IMG/VR virus record: IMGVR_UViG_3300012979_000004
Span: 35,928-99,927 of that record
Reading direction: 5' to 3' (one strand)
Source: a virus
Lineage: Duplodnaviria > Caudoviricetes
DNA: 64,000 nt
The notes below the pieces were generated by a model. The model had not been told where the DNA came from, ran no database searches, and saw nothing but the letters and a program-made list of their open reading frames with translations. This document shows, in pieces, positions 9,366-19,603 of the stretch (the stretch's first letter is position 1; each line of letters opens with the position of its first letter). The position numbers were made by a program, and so were the translations under genes.

Positions 9366-9471
9366 GCGGTGTCAGGATGTTGTGAAACATATGACAAGAT
9401 AGGTTTTCTAATTTCAGGCATTTTCGACTCATTTTTCCTATCTGTTTGGTTCGATTCCAAACGACCGCACA
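9366..9471 (+). ncRNA. Non-canonical tRNA-like RNA C with a 33-nt loop
   Basis: gcggt/accgc + A + CA; arm gtca..atgtt-gtga-aacat..tgac; stem agatagg/cctatct closing a 33-nt pyrimidine-rich loop; T arm gtttgg-TTCGATT-ccaaac. Confidence 0.55.
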
Positions 9472-9474
9472 ACA

Positions 9475-9660
9475 GTTACTTGAAGTGAGAAAGCCTTGGA
9501 AGACGTATAGTACGAGGTAAATAGAATAGTAACACTCCTTGGTAGACTCACTACGCGAAGGAGGGCGCAGGAAAGATACCTGCAACGAAAGAGTGCCAAA
9601 TAGATCAAATCTCTTTCACTCAGCACACAAGATAGGAGATGAACGCCCTTGCGTGTGCTG
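9475..9660 (+). ncRNA. Putative structured RNA upstream of the tRNA
   Basis: Pairings gttact/agtaac, cactc/gagtg, gtag/ctac, gcagg/cctgc, cagcacac/gtgtgctg; GC-richer than flanks; no credible ORF. Confidence 0.4.
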
Positions 9661-9665
9661 TTTAT

Positions 9666-9739
9666 GGACTTGTAGCTCAGTTGGTTAGAGCAACAGACTC
9701 ATAATCTGGAGGTCCCTGGTTCAAGCCCAGGCTGGTCCA
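9666..9739 (+). tRNA. tRNA with CAT anticodon (Ile2-like; Met not excluded)
   Basis: Full cloverleaf: GGACTTG acceptor, TAGCTCAGTTGGTTAGAGC D arm, cagaCT-CAT-AAtctg, T arm cctgg-TTCAAGC-ccagg; no encoded CCA. The GACTCATAATC arm and GCTCAG..TTAGAGC resemble tRNA-Ile2. Confidence 0.92.
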
Positions 9740-9768
9740 CAACTATAACAATAAAGAGCTATAAGCCT

Positions 9769-10746
9769 ATGTATAGTACAAAAACAGCGATCACAATGAG
9801 TCTGAAAGACTTATTAGAAAAAGTTGATGACTATGCAATATATTCCTACTATCTTGGAGAATTTAAGATAGGACAATTAATGAATAGTCCATTAAGATCT
9901 AACGATAAGATGCCATCTTTCGCTGTATTTAAAGGTAGAAATGGTGTATTGTTATTTAAAGATCATGGGACAGGAGAATATGGTAATGCTCTTAAATTCA
10001 TGAAATTGTATAAAGGAATACAAACAAGAGATGAATTAGAACGAGAACTGTTGCGCATCGTCCGAAAAATGAATCCTATGCGTGGTGAGGTAAAACCAAC
10101 ATACACGAAAACGGTGGATTTAGGGCCAACAGATATTGGAATAGTTCGTCAACCATTCACAGAAGTAGATAAAAGATATTGGAAGCAATTTCATATATCT
10201 TTAGACACTTTACGAAAGTTTAATGTTTTTAGTATAAAATACTTTCTTTGTAATAGAGTCGTCAGAGGAACCTACAAAGAAGCTAATCCTATGTATGCAT
10301 ATAAAGTGTATGATAAATTTAAAATATATCGTCCACTAGCCTCTAAGTATACTAAATGGCGTACCAATTTGACAAATAGGCACGTTCAGGGTTTAGCCGA
10401 GTTGCCTAAAGAGGGTGGTAATCTCTTAATCATTACGAAATCTTTAAAAGACGTAATGTGTTTATATGAGATGGGGTTTTATGCTATATCTCCTTCAAGT
10501 GAAACAACATTTATTCCAAATGATATATTACAATCACTAAAGAATAAATGGAAAAACATTGTTATACTGTTCGATAGAGATAAAACAGGAATGTTAAAGG
10601 CTAGAGAATATAGTAAACAGTATAAGTTTGATGCATTGTTTGTCAATAAGAAATTTAATGCAAAAGACATATCTGATGCAATTATGTATAACACATTCAT
10701 TCAAGTTAGAACCTGGATGATAAAAGAAACTGAAAAATATTTATGA
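9769..10746 (+). CDS. DNA primase (crAss-type DnaG/TOPRIM)
   Basis: SPLRSNDKMPSF, FKDHGTG, IITKSLKDVM and LFDRDKTG (TOPRIM DxD). Confidence 0.88.
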   Translation: MYSTKTAITMSLKDLLEKVDDYAIYSYYLGEFKIGQLMNSPLRSNDKMPSFAVFKGRNGVLLFKDHGTGEYGNALKFMKLYKGIQTRDELERELLRIVRKMNPMRGEVKPTYTKTVDLGPTDIGIVRQPFTEVDKRYWKQFHISLDTLRKFNVFSIKYFLCNRVVRGTYKEANPMYAYKVYDKFKIYRPLASKYTKWRTNLTNRHVQGLAELPKEGGNLLIITKSLKDVMCLYEMGFYAISPSSETTFIPNDILQSLKNKWKNIVILFDRDKTGMLKAREYSKQYKFDALFVNKKFNAKDISDAIMYNTFIQVRTWMIKETEKYL

Positions 10747-10991
10747 TTGAAACTTTGATTCTAGGCACATTAGCCGTTGTAGCAAGTGCCATCGTTGGAT
10801 ATTTTTGCGGTAAAATAAAATCAGACAACCTACGTTGCAAATACAATGGTTGGGAATTCACTGCGTTTAAAGGAAACATTACAGATCGATTCTATTTTGA
10901 TATTCAAAAAGATGAACAACGTATAACTTTAGTTTTTGATTACAATACTGGAAAAGTTAGTATTGATATAACAAAAGAGATCGATGAATAA
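10743..10991 (+). CDS. Small protein with an N-terminal transmembrane helix
   Basis: LILGTLAVVASAIVGYF; ATGA overlap with primase. Confidence 0.7.
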   Translation: MIETLILGTLAVVASAIVGYFCGKIKSDNLRCKYNGWEFTAFKGNITDRFYFDIQKDEQRITLVFDYNTGKVSIDITKEIDE

Positions 10992-11364
10992 CGGTAAAGT
11001 GAAAAATGCGACAAAGGTCGATAAGTATGGGCTACATTTTCGTAGCAAACTCGAATGCTATACTTATGAAGCTTTTATGAAAGCTGGAATACCAGTTAAA
11101 TATGAGCCAAAGCATTTCACATTACTTCCTAAGTTCGAGTATTTAGGGGAAAAATTACGTCCTATAACATATCTTCCAGACTTTATTGGTAAAGGTTTTG
11201 TAGTAGAATGTAAAGGTCTCATTGGAGATTCTTTTCCTCTTAGATATAAACTGTTTAAGTATTATCTAAAAAGGCACAACAGTAAAATGAAGTGCTATCT
11301 TGTTAGAAATCATAAACAGGTAGATGAAATGATTGAAGAACTATTAAGTCAAAAGAAATCATGA
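10984..11364 (+). CDS. T7 endonuclease I-like / DUF1064-like nuclease (putative resolvase)
   Basis: FRSKLE, YEP, TYLPDF and VECKG PD-(D/E)XK motifs. Confidence 0.8.
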   Translation: MNNGKVKNATKVDKYGLHFRSKLECYTYEAFMKAGIPVKYEPKHFTLLPKFEYLGEKLRPITYLPDFIGKGFVVECKGLIGDSFPLRYKLFKYYLKRHNSKMKCYLVRNHKQVDEMIEELLSQKKS

Positions 11365-12146
11365 CGACAAATTTTCTAAAAGTAGGTGATAAGATTATGT
11401 TTAAACCGTCTACAGACGGGTTAGATTATGAATTAGAATGCGGAAAAACATACAATGTAAAATATAATCGTTTTACAGGTGACATTCTGTTTGAACCAGC
11501 ACGTATGTTTACGTTACCACCTAAAATATATAACACTGAAAAAGATATTGCGTTTATCGATAAGATTACAAATCGATATAGTAATATCAACGATGGTGTA
11601 TTAGGTGTAATGCTATCTGGTTTAAAAGGTAGTGGAAAAACAGTTACATTGAAACAAATAGCATTAAAATCAAATTTACCAATTGTATTGTTGGATAATG
11701 AATTTCCAGAATATAAATATAAATCCTTATTTCAAGGATTGGTAAATACAGAGGTATGCTTTGTATTTGATGAATTGGATAAAGCAAATAATCATTTTAA
11801 TATGGGAGATTTACTACAAGTATTAGATGGAATGAATACGGTAGGTAAAAAACTCATGTTGTTTGCATGTAACGATGAAACAAAAATAAACCAATTCTTG
11901 GTTGATCGATGTTCCCGCGTTCGATATTGGAAACGTTTTGAAAAAATGTCAGAAGAAGCAATTCTACAAGTAGTTGAAGATAAAATCGAAGACAAAGAAA
12001 AAGCAATGGAGGTTGGTATATTTATATATAACAACTTCAAATGTGCTAGCTTTGATAATATTTTATCATTTATAGACGAAATTAAAGCATTTCCGAACGA
12101 ACAATTAAAAGATTTGTTCGAAGATATGAATCTAACAAAGAAATGA
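11361..12146 (+). CDS. AAA+ ATPase
   Basis: GLKGSGKT Walker A, FVFDELDK Walker B, LLQVLDG, DRCSRVRY. Confidence 0.85.
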   Translation: MTTNFLKVGDKIMFKPSTDGLDYELECGKTYNVKYNRFTGDILFEPARMFTLPPKIYNTEKDIAFIDKITNRYSNINDGVLGVMLSGLKGSGKTVTLKQIALKSNLPIVLLDNEFPEYKYKSLFQGLVNTEVCFVFDELDKANNHFNMGDLLQVLDGMNTVGKKLMLFACNDETKINQFLVDRCSRVRYWKRFEKMSEEAILQVVEDKIEDKEKAMEVGIFIYNNFKCASFDNILSFIDEIKAFPNEQLKDLFEDMNLTKK

Positions 12147-13144
12147 TGGATTTAAGCATACCTTATTACTCAGATTTTTCGCGCATCAGTAACTCAAATG
12201 TAGGTTGGTTTATAAAAAAAGGACCAACTTATCTACATAAGATGCTCACAGATCCACCTCCAGAGGAAAAAAATAGTACTCTGGAGCGTGGAACTATGAT
12301 ACATTCTTATTTGCTACAACCCGAAGAGTTCCAAAAAGACTATGTAGTCTGGGACAAACGTAGACCATCTTCTGCTCAGCAGGAAAAGTTCTGTCAGGAG
12401 TTAGCAACTAGCCTTGAAATAGAGCCGAATAAGGCCGTTCTAAGCGCATATAAAGCATCTTATAGTACAACTAACAAGTCCGAAGAGAAAATGCTCTCAG
12501 AGGGCCTTAAAATAGCTTCTGAGCTATCTGAATATATTCAATTCTTAAAATCCAATGATAGTCGAAAGATGATTGGAGTTTGGGATGTTAAAATGTTAGA
12601 AACTATCTCACAAAACATTAACGATCATAAACTTGCATGGAAAATTATTAACCCTCCTGAGGTAAATGAAAATGGTGAAAATCATCATGAATTTCATATA
12701 AATTGGGAGTATGAAACACTCGATCAAGGTACGATAAAATGTAAATCATTACTTGACGGTTTTACTATTGATTTTAAAAGCAAAACGATAACTATATACG
12801 ATTTGAAAACTACAGCTAAATTATGGCATTTTGAAGACAGTATGTTAGAATATGACTACTGTCGTCAATTGATGTATTATAAAATGGCAGTAGAATGGTA
12901 TATGTTGAATGAAAGAAATGTTGATGTTTACGATGGTTGGAAATTTATATTTTATGTCATAGGTATAGATACAGTAGAAGATTACTCTATACGTGTATTC
13001 GAAATACCATTTGCTAATATTGCAGAACGTGAATATACTATAATACAAGCGTTAAATAATATTGCATGGCATCAAAATACAAGTAAATGGAGACATTCTA
13101 AAGAATATTACAGTAACAACGGAAGCGAAAAATTAAACTTATAA
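12143..13144 (+). CDS. PD-(D/E)XK exonuclease (RecE/ExoVIII, DUF3799-like)
   Basis: ISNS, GTMIH, KSLLD, YDLKTT, YCRQLMYY. Confidence 0.83.
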   Translation: MMDLSIPYYSDFSRISNSNVGWFIKKGPTYLHKMLTDPPPEEKNSTLERGTMIHSYLLQPEEFQKDYVVWDKRRPSSAQQEKFCQELATSLEIEPNKAVLSAYKASYSTTNKSEEKMLSEGLKIASELSEYIQFLKSNDSRKMIGVWDVKMLETISQNINDHKLAWKIINPPEVNENGENHHEFHINWEYETLDQGTIKCKSLLDGFTIDFKSKTITIYDLKTTAKLWHFEDSMLEYDYCRQLMYYKMAVEWYMLNERNVDVYDGWKFIFYVIGIDTVEDYSIRVFEIPFANIAEREYTIIQALNNIAWHQNTSKWRHSKEYYSNNGSEKLNL

Positions 13145-13158
13145 GAATCTTTGAATCA

Positions 13159-13674
13159 GTGAGTTTACATTTTAAGTTAATAATACCACTATTAGACAAT
13201 TCTATAACAAAAAACAATTTAAGTACTAAAGCTGGATTTGTAGATGCATTTTCTGCAGATATAAATAGGCCATATCTCGATAATCATATATTTTTATTAT
13301 ATGCATACAATGTGTTAACGAATGAAGCTTTTGATACTTATAAAAAACTAAAAAGCGCAAAAGGATTATACGGTGTATATAAGTTTAAAATAAAAGGAAT
13401 CCCATTTATTATGTTTGCTTTTACAATAACAAATAAAACTATTAAAAATATAATGAGTGGAGCAGTAGCATTAAGTGATGTAGAAAAAATGCGAGTTTTT
13501 GCATTTTGGAATTTGCAAGATTCTGATATAAATAGATATATGCTAAATTCAACATATGCTTGGAATAGTAAGTTTGTTAATAATGTGATCCCAGAAGAAG
13601 ATTATCAACCAGATACTGAAATCTTCTGGGATAAAAAAAGCGGAGCACTCCAATACAGGAGTGTCCCGCTTTAA
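13159..13674 (+). CDS. Hypothetical protein, last gene of the + arm
   Basis: GTG start, 171 aa, DINRPYLDNHIFLLY; ends TAA. Confidence 0.7.
   Translation: MSLHFKLIIPLLDNSITKNNLSTKAGFVDAFSADINRPYLDNHIFLLYAYNVLTNEAFDTYKKLKSAKGLYGVYKFKIKGIPFIMFAFTITNKTIKNIMSGAVALSDVEKMRVFAFWNLQDSDINRYMLNSTYAWNSKFVNNVIPEEDYQPDTEIFWDKKSGALQYRSVPL
13633..13672 (-). terminator. Intrinsic terminator at the convergence of the two arms (probably bidirectional)
   Basis: Minus strand: AAAGCGGGACACTCC-TGTATT-GGAGTGCTCCGCTTTTTTT. Confidence 0.8.
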
Positions 13675-13740
13675 TTCTTTATACGCATAATCCATCGTGA
13701 CGATAGATCGGGATGCCAGAAGATAAATTAGAAAGACAAA

Positions 13741-16700
13741 TCAAAAGTTCATTACTGTAGAATTTGCCTTATTTGTTTTTGCTTTATTTGTTTTTCTGGA
13801 ATTGTTTTTGTTCATAGCGTCCGAGTCGTTATCAATGTAACCAAAAAATGTTTGTTTCAATCTCTATTCCACACTGGCGTTAGGATCATAAAAATATTCA
13901 GAAAAACTTGTGCCTTTCGGATTATAAACCATACCGTATACACCACGTTGCGGTTTTAACTCACCGTCTTTTGCTTTACGTAACTGTCCCTTTTCGGTAG
14001 TCACCTAAGGTCTATAAACAAGCATATTTGTAGGAAACACTTGATAATACCAAGTCGCTGTTGAACGTAAACCGTGAACAGATCCGTCAATTGCGCCTTG
14101 TCTATACAGATTGTCAAAACCTAACTCAGATACACCAGGTATCAACGCTGTTGTTCTAGACATGTCTCGCATCCATTTTTCTTTACCTTTATATGAACCT
14201 GTTTTGATTTGCTGGTACGCTTCGATATTCCCATTTCCTCCAGTAGCGTCATCGTAAATCATTGCAGCCAAATCTCTAAGAGCGTCTACAGCGTAACCAA
14301 AATCTTGATAATACGCTGTAAGAACAGCAGGAGATTTTATAATGTCTGTAAGAGTAAACACTAAACCGGCAAACCACAGCTATGCAGAAGTTTCAGAAAT
14401 AGCAGTCGTAGCCGCTGTATATAGCAACCAGTATACCCAATTGTCAGGATCGTCTTCAATAAGCTTTCCGGTTGTAAACGTAAGTAGAGAAGTTGCTAAA
14501 ACAGAGAATATGGTACAATTCATCCTAATGATAACATACTTTTGTTGATCGGTCAACGTACTACTTTCTGCTCCTATTTTATCCAACATAGAATCTGATA
14601 ATGCAAATTTAATAAGATTCCAATCCTAAAATAGTTTTGAGTACGCTTTTATAAACGGTATGACCGTCCAAGCACCCTGTCTCGTACCTCCAGCTAAGAA
14701 GTCATACTATCCTCGGTATTCATCTGCAGCTTCCTGACGTATCAATCCGACACCAGAATCATAAACACTTCTCATAGCTCGCCCATATAATTTTTCTAAC
14801 GCACTCTTACTCATGTCTGTGTTATCGTCGTCATATACAGCAAAGTCGTGTCCGTCTTTATTATAGTCAACCTGTTGAGCAACAGCCCACCCACGCATCT
14901 ATAATACAGCAGCACCTATAAAGGTGGTGTGCATACCATTTCTATCATAGGTATCAAGAATACCATTGATGACCGATACACGTTCTCTAATAAATCCTTC
15001 CACTTGTGTTTCAAGTTTATTTGTTCTACGACCAGTCTCTTCGTTTATTACAGGGCGAACAAGATCTTCGAATTCTGGTTTCAGTGTATATTTACCATCC
15101 TCGTCTACATAAAAAGCATCAGCGAGGGTTGTTCTTGAGTATACGGTTTTACCAAGGTCATCGACATGAGCTATGCCTCTTCGCCATGCTTTTTTACCGT
15201 CGCCTGCCGTGTAACCAGCTCTTGTGTAATAATACTAAGCTTGTTGTTTTGTTGCAAAAACAGGCTTACCACTCTAAGGATCTTCTATCAATCTTACACT
15301 GTTGTAGATCATTTGGGTTATCAACCCTTTGTATAAATAATCCACCAAGTTGTATTCTCCCATAGAGCCATGATTTTTCAGTACTCTACGTACCCACCAT
15401 TTATTGGTATCTTTAAATATTTCGCTTATAGAAGAGCTTATTCCGTTTGCCTACATCATTGCAGCTGTTTCACTACGAGTATTATATCTACCAAGCGGTA
15501 TTGATTTTATAGTATTTGGTATGTCTTTTCCTATTCTTTTAACAGCTTCTTTAAAACAGGAAATATCAAAATCTCGACCTGATGCTATTTCAGCATAAAG
15601 AGTTACGCCAGAACTATACCAGTTTCTAAGTACAGAAGGCCATTTATGTACCATAAGTTTACTATGTGCAAGACCCATCATCTTATATATACTTTTTGAT
15701 ATAAGTTGCTACACACGACCCATTTTTACACCTGGGTTTACGCCCTGACGCATACGGCCATACATATACATACTCTTATGTGTATCAAATCTCTTTGATT
15801 GATCGCTAACGCCCTCAGAGCGGCCTGCAAATCCACCTTTAAGTTGAAATCCAACAAGCTCCCATAAAGGCTACATTATAGACTTGTTTTCGAAGTTACA
15901 AGCCGTTTCTGTAAAGTCTACGAGCAAACTTATGAGATCTGTCTTTATCATGTTTTTATCGTCAAGATCTCTCACACCGCGTATTGGTATTGTTTCTACA
16001 TAGGTTCCGTCAGGTCGTAATTGAAATTCTTCATTGTACTCCAAGTCTGTTTCATTTACACCAGATTCACCTATAATCGCCTTCCACAGTGTCTTAGCTC
16101 CATGTTTTCTTGTAAATAGTGAACCAAACTCGTCTCTTTGTTGCGGTAACCGATACCTGTTTTTTCTATAGGTGGATGGCAGTTTTGCCCACATTTCATC
16201 TAAAACATTTAAACAATCGTCGTAGAAATCCTTTATTTTAGAATTGTTGTTTAATATTTCTTCAAATTCACGATCGCGGTACATTTCTTCGTCGACTTGT
16301 ATGTGCTCTGGTTTCGTAGGGTCATACTTCTAGTCTACAAATAAAGATGATTCTTCGTCTATTTCTGAAAATATACCTGTTCCACTAGGACTTTCAACCC
16401 ACATTGGATTTACAGGAGCGCTGTATGAAAAAGCACTCAACGGTGTTATTACTTTTTTACCGTCTTTGGTAGTTTTTGTATATGTGAATTTGTCATTAAA
16501 TTCACTTTCCTTCCCTGCCGCAACATACTAATCGTATAACCAGCTGTAATACGATTGAGATGTTCCAAACTTTTTAACTTGCAGTCGATTTGTTATCGCA
16601 TTAAGATCCTCAACATCCTGTTTTGTCAACTTTTTAGAAGTGTCGCGATTCTTGTATATCTGCTCATCTATGCGTTTCAATTCAGCCCACGCTTCGTCGT

Positions 16701-19587
16701 TGAGTTTATCCAAATTTGGCTCAAAATACCCACGTCTGTTAAAACACGATCTCAATATTGCATTTTTTCTGGCATTTAACTCCGCAATAATGGGGTTTTT
16801 GTTGTTGCCAATGATTTTGTTTATTTCTTCATAGTACTCCTAAGATAACTAAGTGGTTGAGTTTTCGTAATCAAACGCGTTAAGAAGCTGTTGTACGTCA
16901 AGATCTGTATAAAGCTGGCCTGTTAATGGGTTGGTAGCAACTCCTATTTTAGCAGAATACTCGTTCTCCAGTTTCTCTCTAACTAATTTATAAGCCTGTG
17001 TGTTATTTGAATATGCCACACCTGACGAATTACGTAAGTATGCTTTCCAGTTGATTAATTCTTGTGCAATCCTAGCATCATCGCCAGATTTTGGTATAAA
17101 TTTTGAAATTTTACCATAAGCGTCATGTACAACTACATACGGGTTGGACAGCTCCTCTTTTTGTCTACGAAGTTCTACAAGCCTTTCACGGTCCAATGGT
17201 TTTAATTTATACGTCAAAGGTGCTTTTATTGTGCGAGTTTTTCCATTTGGCAGAGTTATATCTACGTTGTCTATACATTTGTTTTCTATTTCACGTATTT
17301 CTCTGTTGATGCCATCCAATTTGTCAATTGTAGTCTTAGATAGATACTGTCTACGGGTTTTATAATAATCCGCCTTATACCTTCTATGTCCTCCTATTTT
17401 TTCTATATAGTCATCAAGCTCGTCATTATAAGAACGCCAATCGTCACCATTGTTGAACGTTATTGTACCATCGTTTTCATCTACTTCGGCATTGTACTTC
17501 TCTAAAAGCTACTTCTTCTTACTTTCAATCTTTTTATCAAACGCACCTCTGTTTATAGAAGATCTAAGATTTCCAGTATAATCTCCATCTTCGTCGCGTT
17601 CGTATAACAATTTTACATAATTGCTAAACGGACCCATTATTTTCCTAAATTCTTTTTCTGCAGCTTTATATGATTTACCAAGCCGCCTTCCTACAGTATC
17701 AACTTGATTTCTAGTAAGAGCGTTCTATTGCCTTAACGCAAAATCAAACATTCTTATTATCGGCGAATCTGATGCAAATCCTCCTTTCAACAACCTGTCA
17801 AAAAACGACAAGTGTCCGCCGTTAATCTTGTTCTATAACCATTCAACCATGTTGTATATAAACCTGTCTTTATCCCCAACAACAAGTTCTTCGGCTTTAT
17901 TCTAAAGCATCTACTGTGTATACAACAGGTTTAGCTTATCGAACTCGTCTTCAATAATGCCCATCTTACCTCGAATAAGATCTACAGCATCCATAAACGA
18001 AGTTCCTTCTGAAGCAACACCGGTGGTATCCTCTTTAGCCCATTTTATAACCCATTCTTTGATAAGGTTTTTGTAAAAACCAATAACATTATGCCTAATA
18101 TTATCAAGCTGCGCAGCATTAATTTGTTCTATTGGCATATTCTTCATCTGTTCGATTAACTAATACGCATTAGCAGTTTCTGACAAACCCTTTATGACAA
18201 ACTATTCCATAGCGACAATTCTTGCAGAATCTTGTCGTGATTTATCTAGATTTTCAATAGCGTCTAATTGTGCTATTGTTTTCTTTAACTCTGCAATTTG
18301 TTCTAATTCGTTGCCAAGTAGTGCAGCAGGCTAAGATTTCTCTAAAGCTGTTATTCTAGAAACAAGGCCGCTTCTGATACGTGACACAACATTTTTTATC
18401 GTAACGTGCTGACTCTTTGGTCTAGTTATATAAAATATCGTGTTCAGCTCTTTGTCTGTAGATCTAATTAGGTCTTGAGCACAAGAAAAATATACAGCCA
18501 ATGCGTCAAGCGTATTGCGTTGCAACTGCCTGTTTTCAGCACTTGTTTTACGTCTAAACAGCTCACGAAAAAATTGTCCAACGCTAAACCAAAAGTTATT
18601 TAACTTTTGTTGTTTTTCAGTACGCTTAAGTTTACCAACTACATAATCCGTGGAAAGTTTTACTAATCTTTCTGGTCCGAGATCATTTCCGTGAACATCT
18701 TTAATAGTCTAAAACAATTTCTGCATGAAATCAGCATCGTAGAACATACGTATGTACTATTCTACTATGATTGGAATTGTGGTTGAAAGATCTCTGTTGT
18801 TTAAAACACTATTTAGAAGATGGACGCTTATAAGATGTTGTGTGTTCTAAACTACGGTAGACATGCCTGGATTAGCGAATCTGTATGATAAAGAGTTTAA
18901 GAAAGTTGCTCGCATGCTACCAAGTTTTGTAGAACCTGTATATCCGTCTAATGGGTTTCCATGAACGTCTACAAAACCTTCAGCAAGGTGTGTCTGAATG
19001 GTTGTTATTGCTTTATCTAGAGTTCTTTTATCGTAATCAGCTTCAGCCAACTATCTAACTCTTGCTATCTGTTCTGTCGTAGCGTCTGGGTTGTTATTTA
19101 ATAAGTCTTCAACAGCCTGTTTGGCTTCAGCATCACGCTCTTCTCGCACAGCACTCAACACGACAGGTGTGCTGTTTACTACGTTAGACAGCTCTAGATT
19201 GGCCAATCGTTCCACAACCACCTAGTGGTTACTAAGTATGTCTTTTATAGCGGTATGATCAACCAATACTGGATCCGACTACAATGTTGTTATAGACGGT
19301 TCTTCGCTACCGTTGGAGGCGTCATAGTTTTCATGCCAATTTCCATATTTGTCTACATATAAAGGAGTATAAATTACAGATTTTGCAAACACTGCTTCCT
19401 CCTCTGTCATTCCGCTTGAAATTAGAGCTGAATATAATTCTGATTGGGTTCCGTCAGGAGCCTAATCCAAAGGCAGTCCATTATTCATAGACACAACATA
19501 ATAGGCAGCACTTTCGCTGCCTAATATGTCTGTGTATTTTTTAAGTAATGCCTTAATTTCTGGGTGTGATTTTACTAAACATTGCAT
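13741..19587 (-). CDS. Large virion cargo/ejection protein, 1948 aa (TAG read as Gln)
   Basis: Ten ORF-track fragments share one frame and are separated by TAG. Runs from ATG 19587 (MQCLVKSHPEIK..NNGLPLDQAPDG..SELY) to TGA 13741, with a hydrophobic segment near the C-terminus. Most inter-fragment gaps were checked by hand and had no TAA/TGA. Confidence 0.85.
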
Positions 19588-19603
19588 AATTTATCATCCT
19601 TTA

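Noticed and set aside
9404-9412. TTCTAAT in RNA C as the CUA anticodon of an amber suppressor, possibly intron-split
   Set aside because: CTA is out of register with the agatagg/cctatct stem, the loop is 33 nt, and no intron features are visible.
9533-9597. Hammerhead or HDV-like (theta) ribozyme
   Set aside because: There is no CUGANGA core, and the spacing does not fit the P1/P3/L3 nested pseudoknot. Retained only as an unclassified structure.
1724-13048. Short minus-strand ORFs in the early arm, including 9286-9585 and 9438-9626
   Set aside because: They are antisense to well-supported genes or to the structured RNA cluster.
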